Shown: positions 1 through 8,759 of the stretch, piece by piece | Layout of the letters: the number at the start of each line of letters is the position of its first letter | How positions within the stretch are numbered: position 1 is the stretch's first letter | NCBI RefSeq assembly: GCF_016127575.1 | Contig: NZ_CP066018.1 | Location: forward strand, 1,020,001-1,052,000 | Direction: 5' to 3' | Length of the DNA stretch: 32,000 nt | DNA from: Cupriavidus necator | GTDB lineage: Bacteria > Pseudomonadota > Gammaproteobacteria > Burkholderiales > Burkholderiaceae | Notes under the pieces: generated by a model | What the model was told of the DNA's origin: nothing | Database searches by the model: none | What the model saw: only the letters and a program-made list of their open reading frames with translations | Made by a program: the position numbers and the translations under genes

Positions 1-487
1 CGGACTTCTTCAGCGCGAGGACGGCGGCGGGCGTGTTGTTGTAGACCATCATCACGGCCACCGGCTTGTTCTTCGCGTCGGGGTTGTTGCCGTAGAACTC
101 CATCACCGACGACATATCGGCGAAGCCCATGTCGTACGTGCCCGAGGCCACGCGGTTGACCACGTTGCCCGAGCCGTTGCCGGCATCGATCGAGACGTCG
201 AGCTTCTCGGCCTTGTAGTAGCCCTTCTGCTCGCCCAGCAGGAACAGCGCCGCCGGCCCTTCGAAGCGCCAGTCGAGCTGGAAGCGGACCTTGGTTGGTG
301 CAGCCTGCGCGTGGGCCGCGCCGGCGAACTGTGTCGACAGCACCAGGCTGGTGCCGATCATCACGCCGAGCTTCAGCAGGCGGCGCCGTGCCGCAGTGCG
401 GGACGCGCGCGTGCCGGTATGTTCATGGTTCTCGGCGGCAGCAGCGCAAACGCCGGGGGACGCTAGCGCAGCGTGGAAATGAGGCAT
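1..487 (-). CDS. ABC-transporter periplasmic substrate-binding protein, NMT1/THI5-like (NitT/TauT family). 5' part only; the gene runs off the left edge.
   Basis: Absent from the ORF track because it is open at the window edge. My minus-strand translation from ATG 487 (GGAGAG 5 nt upstream) reads MPHFHAALASPGVCAAAAENHEHTGTRASRTAARRRLLKLGVMIGTSLVLSTQFAGAAHAQAAPTKVRFQLDWRFEGPAALFLLGEQKGYYKAEKLDVSIDAGNGSGNVVNRVASGTYDMGFADMSSVMEFYGNN... It has a twin-arginine motif (RRRLLKLG), a hydrophobic core and an AHA cleavage-like site. The mature part resembles NMT1-type binding proteins. Confidence 0.7.
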   Translation of the reverse strand, partial: MPHFHAALASPGVCAAAAENHEHTGTRASRTAARRRLLKLGVMIGTSLVLSTQFAGAAHAQAAPTKVRFQLDWRFEGPAALFLLGEQKGYYKAEKLDVSIDAGNGSGNVVNRVASGTYDMGFADMSSVMEFYGNNPDAKNKPVAVMMVYNNTPAAVLALKKS

Positions 488-691
488 TGAATCTCTCCGT
501 TGATCGTGATCTCGGAGGGATTCGTCCGCAAGGGACGTGCCAGGTTTTTCAGCCCCGTTTCAGGGCGTGCCCGCAAGCGATTGCCGAACCAAAAGTGTGC
601 GAGGCGATTGCCGCAGCGCCATCGTCGGCAATGATTGTCGACAATGCCCGCCGCCCCTTGGTGCACGCGGATACAGGAGAATGCAGTCCCG

Positions 692-2590
692 TCAGGCGTC
701 CTGCGTGGCGTCGCCCACGTCGAGTGCCAGCGCATCCGCGCCCACGGCTTCGCCGCCCTTGGCGGCGGCGCGCGCCTGGATGTCCCACATCTCGGCGTAG
801 CGGCCACGCGCGCGCATCAGCTCGGCATGGGTGCCGCGCTCGACGATGCGGCCGTGGTCCATCACCAGGATCTGGTCGGCATGCACGACGGTGGACAGCC
901 GGTGCGCGATCAGCAGCGTGGTGCGGTTCTGCGCCAGCCGCATCAGCTCGGCCTGGATCGCCTGCTCGGTGCGTGAATCCAGCGCCGAGGTGGCTTCGTC
1001 GAAGACCAGCACCGGCGGGTCCTTCAGCAGCGTGCGCGCGATCGCCACGCGCTGCTTCTCGCCGCCGGACAGCTTCAGGCCACGCTCGCCCACCGGGGTG
1101 TCGTACCCCTGCGGCAGCTCGCGGATGAAGCTGTCGATCTGCGCGGCGCGCGCGGCGGCGATGACCTCGTCGCGGCTGGCGTCTGGCCGGCCGTAGGCGA
1201 TGTTGTAGAAGATGCTGTCGTTGAACAACACCGTGTCCTGCGGCACGATGCCGATGGCGCGGCGCAGGCTGTCCTGCGTGATCGCGCGGATGTCCTGGCC
1301 GTCGATCTCGATGGCGCCGCCGTTGACGTCGTAGAAGCGGAACAACAGCCGCGCCAGCGTCGACTTGCCCGAGCCGCTGTGCCCGACCACCGCGGTGGTG
1401 GTGCCCGCCGCGATGGTGAAATCCACGCCATCCAGGATCAGCCGGTCCGGCTCATAGCTGAAGCGCACGTCGCGGAAACGCACCTGCGCGCCGCTGACCT
1501 GCAGCGGCTGCGCGCCGGGCGCGTCGGCCACCTCCTGGTTGGTGCCCAGCAGCACGAACATGCGGTCCATGTCGGTGGTGGCCTGCTTGATCTCGCGGTA
1601 GATCACGCCGAGGAAGTTCAGCGGGATATAGAGCTGGATCATCAGGGTGTTGACCAGCACCAGGTCGCCCAGCGTGAGCTTGCCGTCGACCACGCCCACG
1701 GTGGCGCGCCACAGGATCAGGATCAGCCCCAGTGCGATGATGGTCTGCTGGCCGAAGTTCAGGAACGACAGCGAGTTCTGCGAGCGGATCGCCGCGGTGC
1801 GGTACTTGCGCAGGTTCTCGTCGTAGCGCTGCGCCTCGTACTCTTCATTGCCGAAGTACTTGACGGTCTCGAAGTTGAGCAGCGAATCGATCGCTTTCTG
1901 GTTGGCGCGCGAATCGAGCTCGTTCATGCGGCGGCGGAAATGCGTGCGCCATTCCGTCACCACGATGGTAAAGACGATATAGCCCACCAGCGCGCAGCCG
2001 GTGATGGCCGCGAACCAGATGTCGTAGTGCAGGATAAAGAAGCCGATCACCAGCCCCATCTCGACCAGCGTGGGCAGGATGCTGTACAGCGAGTACGAGA
2101 TCAGCGACTGGATGCCGCGCGTGCCGCGCTCGATGTCGCGGCTCATGCCGCCGGTCTGCCGGTCCAGGTGGAAGCGCAGCGACAGCGCATGCAGGTGTCG
2201 GAACACCTGCAGCGCGATCTCGCGCACGGCGCTCTGCGTGACCTTGGAAAAGAGCATCTCCCGCAACTCGGTGAACAGTGTCGCCGACAGCCGCAGCAGC
2301 CCGTAGGCGACGATCAGCCCGACCGGCACGGCCAGCAGCGCGCGCGGATCGCCCGGCTGCAGGTTCATGCTGTCGATCAGCTGCTTCATCAGCACCGGCA
2401 CGCCCAGGTTGGCCACCTTGGCGGACACCAGGCACGCCAGCGCCAGCATCACGCGCCACTTGTAGTGCCAGACATAGGGCAGCAGGTTGCGCACCGTCTG
2501 CCAGTCGCTGCGGGGCGCGCGCTGACCGGGAAAGAGCGTGTTTGAAGCAGGAGCGGGGGCCGGCTCGGCGGTCGTGGAATAGCGGCGCAT
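692..2590 (-). CDS. Fused permease/ATPase ABC exporter, ATM1/HMT1 (AtmA)-type
   Basis: 632-aa ORF starting at ATG 2590. The N-terminal half is multi-TM. Walker A GHSGSGKST, ABC signature LSGGEKQR, Walker B VLVFDEATSALD. Overall it resembles ATM1/AtmA-like half-transporters. Confidence 0.9.
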   Translation of the reverse strand: MRRYSTTAEPAPAPASNTLFPGQRAPRSDWQTVRNLLPYVWHYKWRVMLALACLVSAKVANLGVPVLMKQLIDSMNLQPGDPRALLAVPVGLIVAYGLLRLSATLFTELREMLFSKVTQSAVREIALQVFRHLHALSLRFHLDRQTGGMSRDIERGTRGIQSLISYSLYSILPTLVEMGLVIGFFILHYDIWFAAITGCALVGYIVFTIVVTEWRTHFRRRMNELDSRANQKAIDSLLNFETVKYFGNEEYEAQRYDENLRKYRTAAIRSQNSLSFLNFGQQTIIALGLILILWRATVGVVDGKLTLGDLVLVNTLMIQLYIPLNFLGVIYREIKQATTDMDRMFVLLGTNQEVADAPGAQPLQVSGAQVRFRDVRFSYEPDRLILDGVDFTIAAGTTTAVVGHSGSGKSTLARLLFRFYDVNGGAIEIDGQDIRAITQDSLRRAIGIVPQDTVLFNDSIFYNIAYGRPDASRDEVIAAARAAQIDSFIRELPQGYDTPVGERGLKLSGGEKQRVAIARTLLKDPPVLVFDEATSALDSRTEQAIQAELMRLAQNRTTLLIAHRLSTVVHADQILVMDHGRIVERGTHAELMRARGRYAEMWDIQARAAAKGGEAVGADALALDVGDATQDA

Positions 2591-2698
2591 ACGTTAGAAT
2601 TCGGGCCAATGCGCGATTGTCGCAGAGTTCGCATTACGTGGCAGGCGAAGGGTCTTTCGCCGCGCCCCGCCTCCTTCCGCAGTCCACCACACACCGTC

Positions 2699-3103
2699 AT
2701 GAACGCTCCCCACACCGTCCCCGCCCTGCCCGCCGGCAAGAATCCCGCTCTGCGTGTGGTGCCCATGCCCGCCGACGCCAATGTGCACGGCGACGTGTTC
2801 GGTGGCTGGATCATGGCGCAGGTGGATATCGCCGGCTCGATCCCGGCGGTGGAACGCGCCCAGGGCCGCGTGGCCACCGTCGCGGTCAACTCCTTCCTGT
2901 TCAAGCATCCGGTGTTCGTTGGCGACCTGGTCAGCTTTTATGCGGACATCGTCAAGACCGGCCGTACCTCGATCACGGTGTCGGTCGAGGTCTACGCGCA
3001 ACGGATGCGCCACAGCAATGAGATCGTCAAGGTGACGGAGGCCACGCTGACGTATGTGGCGACGGATGAATCGCGGCAGCCGCGGATGCTGCCGTCGGCT
3101 TGA
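2699..3103 (+). CDS. yciA: Acyl-CoA thioesterase, YciA-like hotdog fold
   Basis: The track ORF starts at 2609, only 18 nt from the divergent ABC start. I prefer the in-frame ATG at 2699 (MNAPHTVPAL...). The core LRVVPMPADANVHGDVFGGWIMAQVDIAGSI...GRVATVAVNSFLFKHPVFVGDLVSFYA aligns by eye with E. coli YciA (LAMPADTNANGDIFGGWLMSQMDIGG...). Confidence 0.85.
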   Translation: MNAPHTVPALPAGKNPALRVVPMPADANVHGDVFGGWIMAQVDIAGSIPAVERAQGRVATVAVNSFLFKHPVFVGDLVSFYADIVKTGRTSITVSVEVYAQRMRHSNEIVKVTEATLTYVATDESRQPRMLPSA

Positions 3104-3110
3104 AGGGATA

Positions 3111-3133
3111 AGCCAGCGCTTGCTGGCTGTTTT
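3111..3133 (+). terminator. Rho-independent terminator of the thioesterase gene
   Basis: AGCCAGC (3111-3117), loop GCTT, GCTGGCT (3122-3128), followed by G then TTTT (3130-3133). It begins 8 nt after the TGA stop. Confidence 0.6.
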
Positions 3134-3164
3134 CTCCCCTCTCCCACGAGCGGGAGAGGGGAGA
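3133..3164. repeat. REP-like perfect 13-bp-stem palindrome between convergent genes
   Basis: TCTCCCCTCTCCC (3133-3145), loop ACGAGC, GGGAGAGGGGAGA (3152-3164). No U-tract follows on the minus strand. It lies 30 nt downstream of the enoyl-CoA hydratase stop. Confidence 0.6.
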
Positions 3165-3193
3165 GAACAAGCGGGATTGGACAGACGTGGGCC

Positions 3194-3970
3194 TTACTCG
3201 AACTTCGTAAAATCCGGCTTGCGCTTCTGGAAGAAGGCAGCAAACGCCTCTTTCGCCTCCGGCGCCACCAGCATCCTGCGGAACACCGCGCCCTCGTCGG
3301 CCATCTGCTTTTCCACCACCGCCACATCGCCCGCCTTCATCAGCCGCTTGGTCTCGCGCAGTGACGACGCCGGCAGGGCCGCCAGCTTGCGCGCCTGCTC
3401 CAACGCAAAGTCGTGCAGCTCGGCCACCGGCAGCACCCGCGTCACCAGCCCGATCTCCAGCGCCTCCTGCGCGCTGAAGGCTTCGCCCAGCAGCAGCTTC
3501 TCGGCCGCGCGCTGGTAGCCGACCAGCCGCGGCAGCAGCAGGCTCGAGGCGGCCTCCGGGCACAGGCCCAGCTGCACGAACGGCAGCGACAACTTGGCCG
3601 TATCGGACGCATAGACCAGGTCGCAATGCAGCAGCATGGTGGTGCCCACCCCGACCGCGGCACCGCTGACGGCTGCCACGACCGGCTTGGTGGCGTGGCT
3701 GATCTGGTAGAGGAACTGGAACACCGGCGCCTGCTCCGCGCCTTCGCCGGCGGTGGGCGGGCGCTGCATGAAGTCTTCCAGGTCGTTGCCGGCGGTAAAG
3801 ATCTCGGGCTTGCCGCGCAGCAGGATGGCGCGCACGTTGCGGTCGGTCTCGGCCGCGCGCAGCGCGTCGGCCATGGCCTGGTACATCGCCGCGGTGATGG
3901 CGTTTTTCTTGTCGATGCGGTCGAACTCGATGGTCAGGATGCCCTGCTCGATGCCGGTGCGGATGCTCAT
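3194..3970 (-). CDS. Enoyl-CoA hydratase/isomerase (crotonase family)
   Basis: The track ORF starts at 4009 and would overlap degV. I prefer ATG 3970 (MSIRTGIEQG...), which has GAGGA 6 nt upstream. Crotonase motifs present: FTAGNDLEDF and AAVSGAAVGVGTTMLLHCDLVYAS. Confidence 0.85.
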   Translation of the reverse strand: MSIRTGIEQGILTIEFDRIDKKNAITAAMYQAMADALRAAETDRNVRAILLRGKPEIFTAGNDLEDFMQRPPTAGEGAEQAPVFQFLYQISHATKPVVAAVSGAAVGVGTTMLLHCDLVYASDTAKLSLPFVQLGLCPEAASSLLLPRLVGYQRAAEKLLLGEAFSAQEALEIGLVTRVLPVAELHDFALEQARKLAALPASSLRETKRLMKAGDVAVVEKQMADEGAVFRRMLVAPEAKEAFAAFFQKRKPDFTKFE

Positions 3971-4001
3971 GGTGTCCTCATCTGTGGATGCATTGCTGGG
4001 T

Positions 4002-4958
4002 TTATTCAAAAGGCGGCGGCGATTCGGAAAGATAGCTCAGCCCGAACGCGCGCGCGCCGACATTCAGCGCCACCGTCAGGCTCATCGGCGCCAGCATCAG
4101 TGCCACGCCCTGTCCGCGCGCGGTGCGCTCCAGCGACTGGAACGCCGGCATCTCGCGCACGTCATCGAGCGGGCCGGCATAGCAGACCGAGATCGCCGGC
4201 ACCATCAGGTCGCCGCCGCGGATGCACTGCTCGGCATGCTGCAGCACGCGGCGCGCACCCTCCTCGGAGCCGCGCGCCCTGGCAATGGCCTCGGTGTGCC
4301 CGCGGTGCATGCGCACCACCGGGCGGATATTGAAGGCGCTGCCCATCACATAGCGCCCCCAGGTAATGCTGCCCTCGCCCTTCTGGCGCGCGCGCGTGTA
4401 CATGTAGAGCAGCTCGTCGGGCACCAGGAACATATGGGCGGCATCGCGCAGGCGCGTCTCGACCGCTTCCCGCACCGCCTGCGGGCTGGCGCCGGCGGCG
4501 GCCATGCGCGCGGCTTCGCGCACGATCAGCGCCTGGCCCGGCCCGATCGCGCCGGTGTCGACCACGGTCAGGTCGAACAGGCCCGTGCGCCCGGCTTCCT
4601 TGCGCAGGCGCACGCTGCGCGCCACGGTGCCGATCACCGCGCCGGTGGCATGCGCATACAGCTTGCTGCGCGAACTGGCAATGGTGAAGAGGATGGCGCG
4701 GTCGCAGTGGGCCACCACGTTGCGCAGCAGGTGTTCTTCCAGCTCGCGCTCGAGCAGCGGGATCGATTCGGCGTAGTGGTCCTGGCGGCCGATCAGGTAT
4801 TGCTGGTAGAGCGTGGGCAGCGCGTCTTCATCGCGCGTATCGGCGACAAAGTGTTCGCCCGCGCGGATGCGGAACGGAATCGTGTGGACCTTCAGCTGGG
4901 CCATGACGTCGCGCGGCAGATCGCACGCGGCATCGGCCAGGATGGCTGTCTCCTGCAT
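4002..4958 (-). CDS. DegV-family (FakB-like) fatty-acid-binding protein
   Basis: 318 aa from ATG 4958, with a strong SD (GGGAGGAGA). The N-terminus ...TAILADAACDLPRDVMAQLKVHTIPFRI... resembles the DegV signature (I-x-T-D-S-x-x-D-L). High GC3 coding pattern. Confidence 0.65.
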   Translation of the reverse strand: MQETAILADAACDLPRDVMAQLKVHTIPFRIRAGEHFVADTRDEDALPTLYQQYLIGRQDHYAESIPLLERELEEHLLRNVVAHCDRAILFTIASSRSKLYAHATGAVIGTVARSVRLRKEAGRTGLFDLTVVDTGAIGPGQALIVREAARMAAAGASPQAVREAVETRLRDAAHMFLVPDELLYMYTRARQKGEGSITWGRYVMGSAFNIRPVVRMHRGHTEAIARARGSEEGARRVLQHAEQCIRGGDLMVPAISVCYAGPLDDVREMPAFQSLERTARGQGVALMLAPMSLTVALNVGARAFGLSYLSESPPPFE

Positions 4959-5039
4959 ATTATTGTCTCCTCCCTACCTGGTGACCCGCGTCGCGGGCGG
5001 CAGCCCCCGGTTACTGCTTTCTTCACCTGATGCAGAAGG

Positions 5040-5067
5040 GCGGGACAGTCCCGAGGGACCGTCCCGC
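5040..5067. repeat. Near-perfect 28-nt palindrome in the thiolase-degV spacer
   Basis: GCGGGAC-A-GTCCC-GA-GGGAC-C-GTCCCGC. That gives 7+5 bp arms with one A/C mismatch and no U-tract. Confidence 0.6.
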
Positions 5068-5075
5068 AGGCGCGT

Positions 5076-6272
5076 TCAGACGCGCTCGAAGATACCTGCG
5101 GCGCCCATGCCCGTGCCAACGCACATGGTCACCATGCCGTACTTCAGGTTGTGACGGCGCAGCGCGTGCACCACCGTGGCCGAACGGATCGCACCGGTGG
5201 CACCGAGCGGGTGGCCCAGCGCAATCGCGCCGCCCATGCGGTTGACCTTGGCCGGATCCAGCTGCAGGTCGCGCATCACCGCCAGCGACTGCGCGGCAAA
5301 GGCCTCGTTCAGTTCGATCCAGTCAAGCTGGTCCTGGGTCAGGCCCGCAGCCTTCAGCGCCGCCGGAATCGCTTCCTTGGGGCCGATGCCCATGATCTCG
5401 GGCGGCACGCCGCGCACCGCGAACGAGACGAAGCGCGCCAGCGGCACCAGGTTGAACTGCTTGAGGATCTTTTCCGAGACCAGGATCAGCGCGCCGGCGC
5501 CGTCGGAGGTCTGCGAGCTGTTGCCGGCGGTGACGCTGCCCTTGTTGGCAAACACCGGGCGCAGCTTGCCCAGGCCTTCCAGCGAGGTCTCCGGGCGCGG
5601 GCCTTCGTCCAGCGAGATCGTGCGCGACTTCACGTTCACCTGGCCGCTGGCGAGGTCCGGGAAGCGCTCGACGATCTCGATCGGCGTGATCTCGTCCTTG
5701 AACTCGCCGGCCTGCTGCGCCGCGATGGCCTTCTGGTGCGAGGCCAGCGAGAACGCATCCTGGTCCTCGCGGCTGACCTGCCATTGCTGCGCCACCTTCT
5801 CGGCGGTCAGGCCCATGCCGTAGGCGATGCCCACGTTCTCGTCGCGGGTGAAGATCTCCGGCGACATCGACGGCGAGTTGCCCATCATCGGCACCATGCT
5901 CATCGATTCCACGCCGGCGGCGATCATCACGTCGGACTCGCCCACGCGGATGCGGTCGGCAGCCATCGCCACCGCGCTCACGCCCGAGGCGCAGAAGCGG
6001 TTGACGGTGATGCCGCCCACGGTATTGGGCAGGCCCGACAGCAGCGCACCGATGCGCGCCACGTTCAGGCCCTGCTGCGCCTCAGGAATCGCGCAGCCGA
6101 CGATGGCGTCTTCGATCAGCTTCGGGTCCAGGTCCGGCACCTGCGCCACGGCAGCCTTCAGGATGGTTGCCAGCAGGTCGTCCGGGCGCGTGTTCTTGAA
6201 CGCGCCCTTCGGGGCCTTGCCGATCGGCGAGCGGGTGGCCGCAACGATATATGCGTCTTGCAGTTGTTTCAT
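5076..6272 (-). CDS. fadA: 3-ketoacyl-CoA thiolase / acetyl-CoA C-acyltransferase
   Basis: 398 aa from ATG 6272, with GAGGAA upstream. Thiolase motifs present: NRFCASG (active-site Cys), NEAFAAQ, GHPLGATG, CVGTGMGAA. Confidence 0.9.
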   Translation of the reverse strand: MKQLQDAYIVAATRSPIGKAPKGAFKNTRPDDLLATILKAAVAQVPDLDPKLIEDAIVGCAIPEAQQGLNVARIGALLSGLPNTVGGITVNRFCASGVSAVAMAADRIRVGESDVMIAAGVESMSMVPMMGNSPSMSPEIFTRDENVGIAYGMGLTAEKVAQQWQVSREDQDAFSLASHQKAIAAQQAGEFKDEITPIEIVERFPDLASGQVNVKSRTISLDEGPRPETSLEGLGKLRPVFANKGSVTAGNSSQTSDGAGALILVSEKILKQFNLVPLARFVSFAVRGVPPEIMGIGPKEAIPAALKAAGLTQDQLDWIELNEAFAAQSLAVMRDLQLDPAKVNRMGGAIALGHPLGATGAIRSATVVHALRRHNLKYGMVTMCVGTGMGAAGIFERV

Positions 6273-6296
6273 GATGTCGGTTCCTCGCTTGCCCTG

Positions 6297-8720
6297 TTAG
6301 TTACGCACCGGCTTGCCGGTCTGCAGCATGCCCATGATGCGCTCCTGCGTCTTGCCGGTGCCGAGCAGGTCGACAAAGGCCTTGCGCTCCAGCGCCAGCA
6401 GCCAGTCCTCGCTCACCAGCGAGCCGGCCTCGACGTCGCCGCCGCACACCGCCTCGGCGATGCGGCTGGCGATCAGGAAGTCGTGCGTCGAGATAAAGCC
6501 GCCGTCGCGCATATTGACCAGCGATGCCTTGATGGTGGCAATGCCCGAGCGGCCGGCCACCGGGACCAGCGTCGGCAGCGGCGCGCGGTAGCCGGCGCTG
6601 GCCAGCGCGCGCACTTCGTTCTGCGCCACGTACAGCAGCTCGTGCACGTTGAAGACGATCTTGTCGGACGGCTGCAGGTAGCCCATCTGGCGCGCTTCCA
6701 GCGCCGAGGCCGAGACCTTGGCCATGGCCGCGCTCTGGAAGCGGCTGGTCAGGAACTGCAGGATGTTGGTGCTGCCCGCGGCCTGCGCCGCGCGCGCGGC
6801 CGCCAGCGCGGCTTCCTTCAGGCCGCCGCCGGCCGGCACCAGGCCCACGCCCACTTCGACCAGGCCGATATACGTCTCCAGCGCGGCCACGCGCGAAGCC
6901 GAATGCAGCATCAGCTCGCAGCCGCCGCCCAGCGCAATGCCGGACGCCGCGGACACCACCGGCACCGAGGCGTACTTCACGCGCATCATGCCGTCCTGGA
7001 ACCTCTTCACGAACGGTTCGATGCCCTTGGCGCCGCCCATCATGAAGGCGGGCATGGCCGCTTCCAGGTTGGCGCCGGCGGAGAACGGGCCACCCGGTGC
7101 GCCCAGCTGCAGCGAAGTCGGCTGCCACACCACCAGCCCCTTGTAGCCGGCTTCGGCCAGGTCGATGGCGCGGGTCAGGCCGTCGATCACGTCCGGCCCG
7201 ATGGTGTTCATCTTGCTCTTGAACGAGACCACCAGCACGTCGTCCTGGCCTTCGCTCACCCAGATGCGCACGGCGTCGTTCTCTTCGACGGTGCGGCCGG
7301 CCTTGCGCGGATCGGCCGCGGCAGTGCCCTTGATCGCGGCACGGAATGCCTGGCGCTGGTACACCGGCAGCTTGCTGCGCGCGACGAAGGACTGCGTCGC
7401 CGGCGACCACGAACCGGCAGCGGCGTGCACGCCCTGGTTCTCTGCCACCGGGCCCTCGAATACCCATGCCGGCAGCGGCGCGGCCGACAGCGCCTTGCCG
7501 GCTTCCACGTCTTCCTTGACCCACTCGGCCACCTGCTTCCAGCCGGCCGACTGCCAGTCTTCGAACGGACCCGAGTTCCAGCCGAAGCCCCAGCGGATCG
7601 CCAGGTCGATGTCGGCGGCGGAGCCTGCGATCTGCTCCAGGTAGACGGCGATGTAGTGGAACACGTCGCGGAACACCGCCCACAGGAACTGCGCCTGCGG
7701 GTTGGTCGACTCGCGCAGCAGCTTGATGCGCTCGGCCGCATCCTTCTTCAGCATGCGCACCACGATCTCGTCGGCCTTCTTGCCGGCATCGACGTACTGG
7801 CCGGTCTTGGCGTCGAGCACCTTGATGGCCTTGCCTTCCTTCTTGTAGAAGCCGGCACCGGTCTTCTGGCCCAGCGCGCCCGCGTCGACCAGGCCCTTGA
7901 GTACGGCCGGGGTCTTGTACACCGGCGCGAACGGGTCGTCGTGCAGGGTGTCCTGCATGGTCTTGATCACGTGCGCCATGGTGTCCAGGCCGACCACGTC
8001 CGCGGTGCGGAAGGTGGCGGACTTGGCGCGGCCCAGCTTGGAGCCGGTCAGGTCATCGACCACGTCGAACGGGATGCCGAACTTCTCGGCTTCGGCAAAC
8101 ACGGCCAGGATCGAGAAGATGCCGACGCGGTTGGCGATGAAGTTGGGCGTGTCCTTGGCGCGTACCACGCCCTTGCCGAGCGTGGTGGTCAGGAAGGCTT
8201 CCAGCTGGTCGAGGATCTGCGGCTGCGTGGTCGCGGTCGGGATCAGTTCCACCAGGTGCATGTAGCGCGGCGGGTTGAAGAAGTGCACGCCGCAGAAGCG
8301 CGACTTCAGGTCCGCATCAAACCCGTCGGACAGCGCTGTGATCGACAGGCCCGAGGTGTTGGTCGCGAAGATCGCGTGCGAGGCCAGGTGCGGCGCGACC
8401 TTCTTGTACAGGTCGTGCTTCCAGTCCATGCGCTCGGCGATCGCCTCGATCACCAGGTCGCATTCCTTGAGCAGCGCGATGTCGTCCTCGTAGTTGGCCG
8501 CCTGGATCAGGCCGGCCTCTTCCTTGATGCCCAGCGGCGCGGGCGAGAGCTTCTTCAGGTTCTCGATGGCGCGCAGCGCGATGCCGTTCTTGGGGCCTTC
8601 CTTGGCGGGAAGGTCGAACAGCACCACCGGCACGCGCGCATTGATCAGGTGGGCGGCGATCTGCGCCCCCATGACGCCGGCACCCAGCACGGCGACCTTC
8701 TTGACGATGAAATTGGACAT
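6297..8720 (-). CDS. fadB: Bifunctional 3-hydroxyacyl-CoA dehydrogenase / enoyl-CoA hydratase, FadB'-type (dehydrogenase domain first)
   Basis: 807 aa from ATG 8720, with AGGAG upstream. The N-terminus has the Rossmann motif VAVLGAGVMGAQIA. The C-terminal third has a crotonase-like region (VVSFKSKMNTIGPDVIDGL...GGGCELMLH). The domain order is inverted relative to E. coli FadB. Confidence 0.9.
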   Translation of the reverse strand: MSNFIVKKVAVLGAGVMGAQIAAHLINARVPVVLFDLPAKEGPKNGIALRAIENLKKLSPAPLGIKEEAGLIQAANYEDDIALLKECDLVIEAIAERMDWKHDLYKKVAPHLASHAIFATNTSGLSITALSDGFDADLKSRFCGVHFFNPPRYMHLVELIPTATTQPQILDQLEAFLTTTLGKGVVRAKDTPNFIANRVGIFSILAVFAEAEKFGIPFDVVDDLTGSKLGRAKSATFRTADVVGLDTMAHVIKTMQDTLHDDPFAPVYKTPAVLKGLVDAGALGQKTGAGFYKKEGKAIKVLDAKTGQYVDAGKKADEIVVRMLKKDAAERIKLLRESTNPQAQFLWAVFRDVFHYIAVYLEQIAGSAADIDLAIRWGFGWNSGPFEDWQSAGWKQVAEWVKEDVEAGKALSAAPLPAWVFEGPVAENQGVHAAAGSWSPATQSFVARSKLPVYQRQAFRAAIKGTAAADPRKAGRTVEENDAVRIWVSEGQDDVLVVSFKSKMNTIGPDVIDGLTRAIDLAEAGYKGLVVWQPTSLQLGAPGGPFSAGANLEAAMPAFMMGGAKGIEPFVKRFQDGMMRVKYASVPVVSAASGIALGGGCELMLHSASRVAALETYIGLVEVGVGLVPAGGGLKEAALAAARAAQAAGSTNILQFLTSRFQSAAMAKVSASALEARQMGYLQPSDKIVFNVHELLYVAQNEVRALASAGYRAPLPTLVPVAGRSGIATIKASLVNMRDGGFISTHDFLIASRIAEAVCGGDVEAGSLVSEDWLLALERKAFVDLLGTGKTQERIMGMLQTGKPVRN

Positions 8721-8759
8721 GCTCGCTCCTGGATTAGTGAGCGTTAGACAGATGCGAAG

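Noticed and set aside
5151-8747. A 1198-aa ORF on the plus strand spanning the thiolase and fadB' loci. Similar giant ORFs occur at 16039-18990 (983 aa), 25839-28178 (779 aa), 21459-23393 (644 aa), 8995-10692 (565 aa) and 11511-12905 (464 aa).
   Set aside because: All of them lie antisense to genes with unmistakable family motifs. Their translations are Arg/Ala/Gly/His-rich low-complexity strings with no motifs. Long stop-free antisense frames are the expected shadow of high-GC3 coding sequence.
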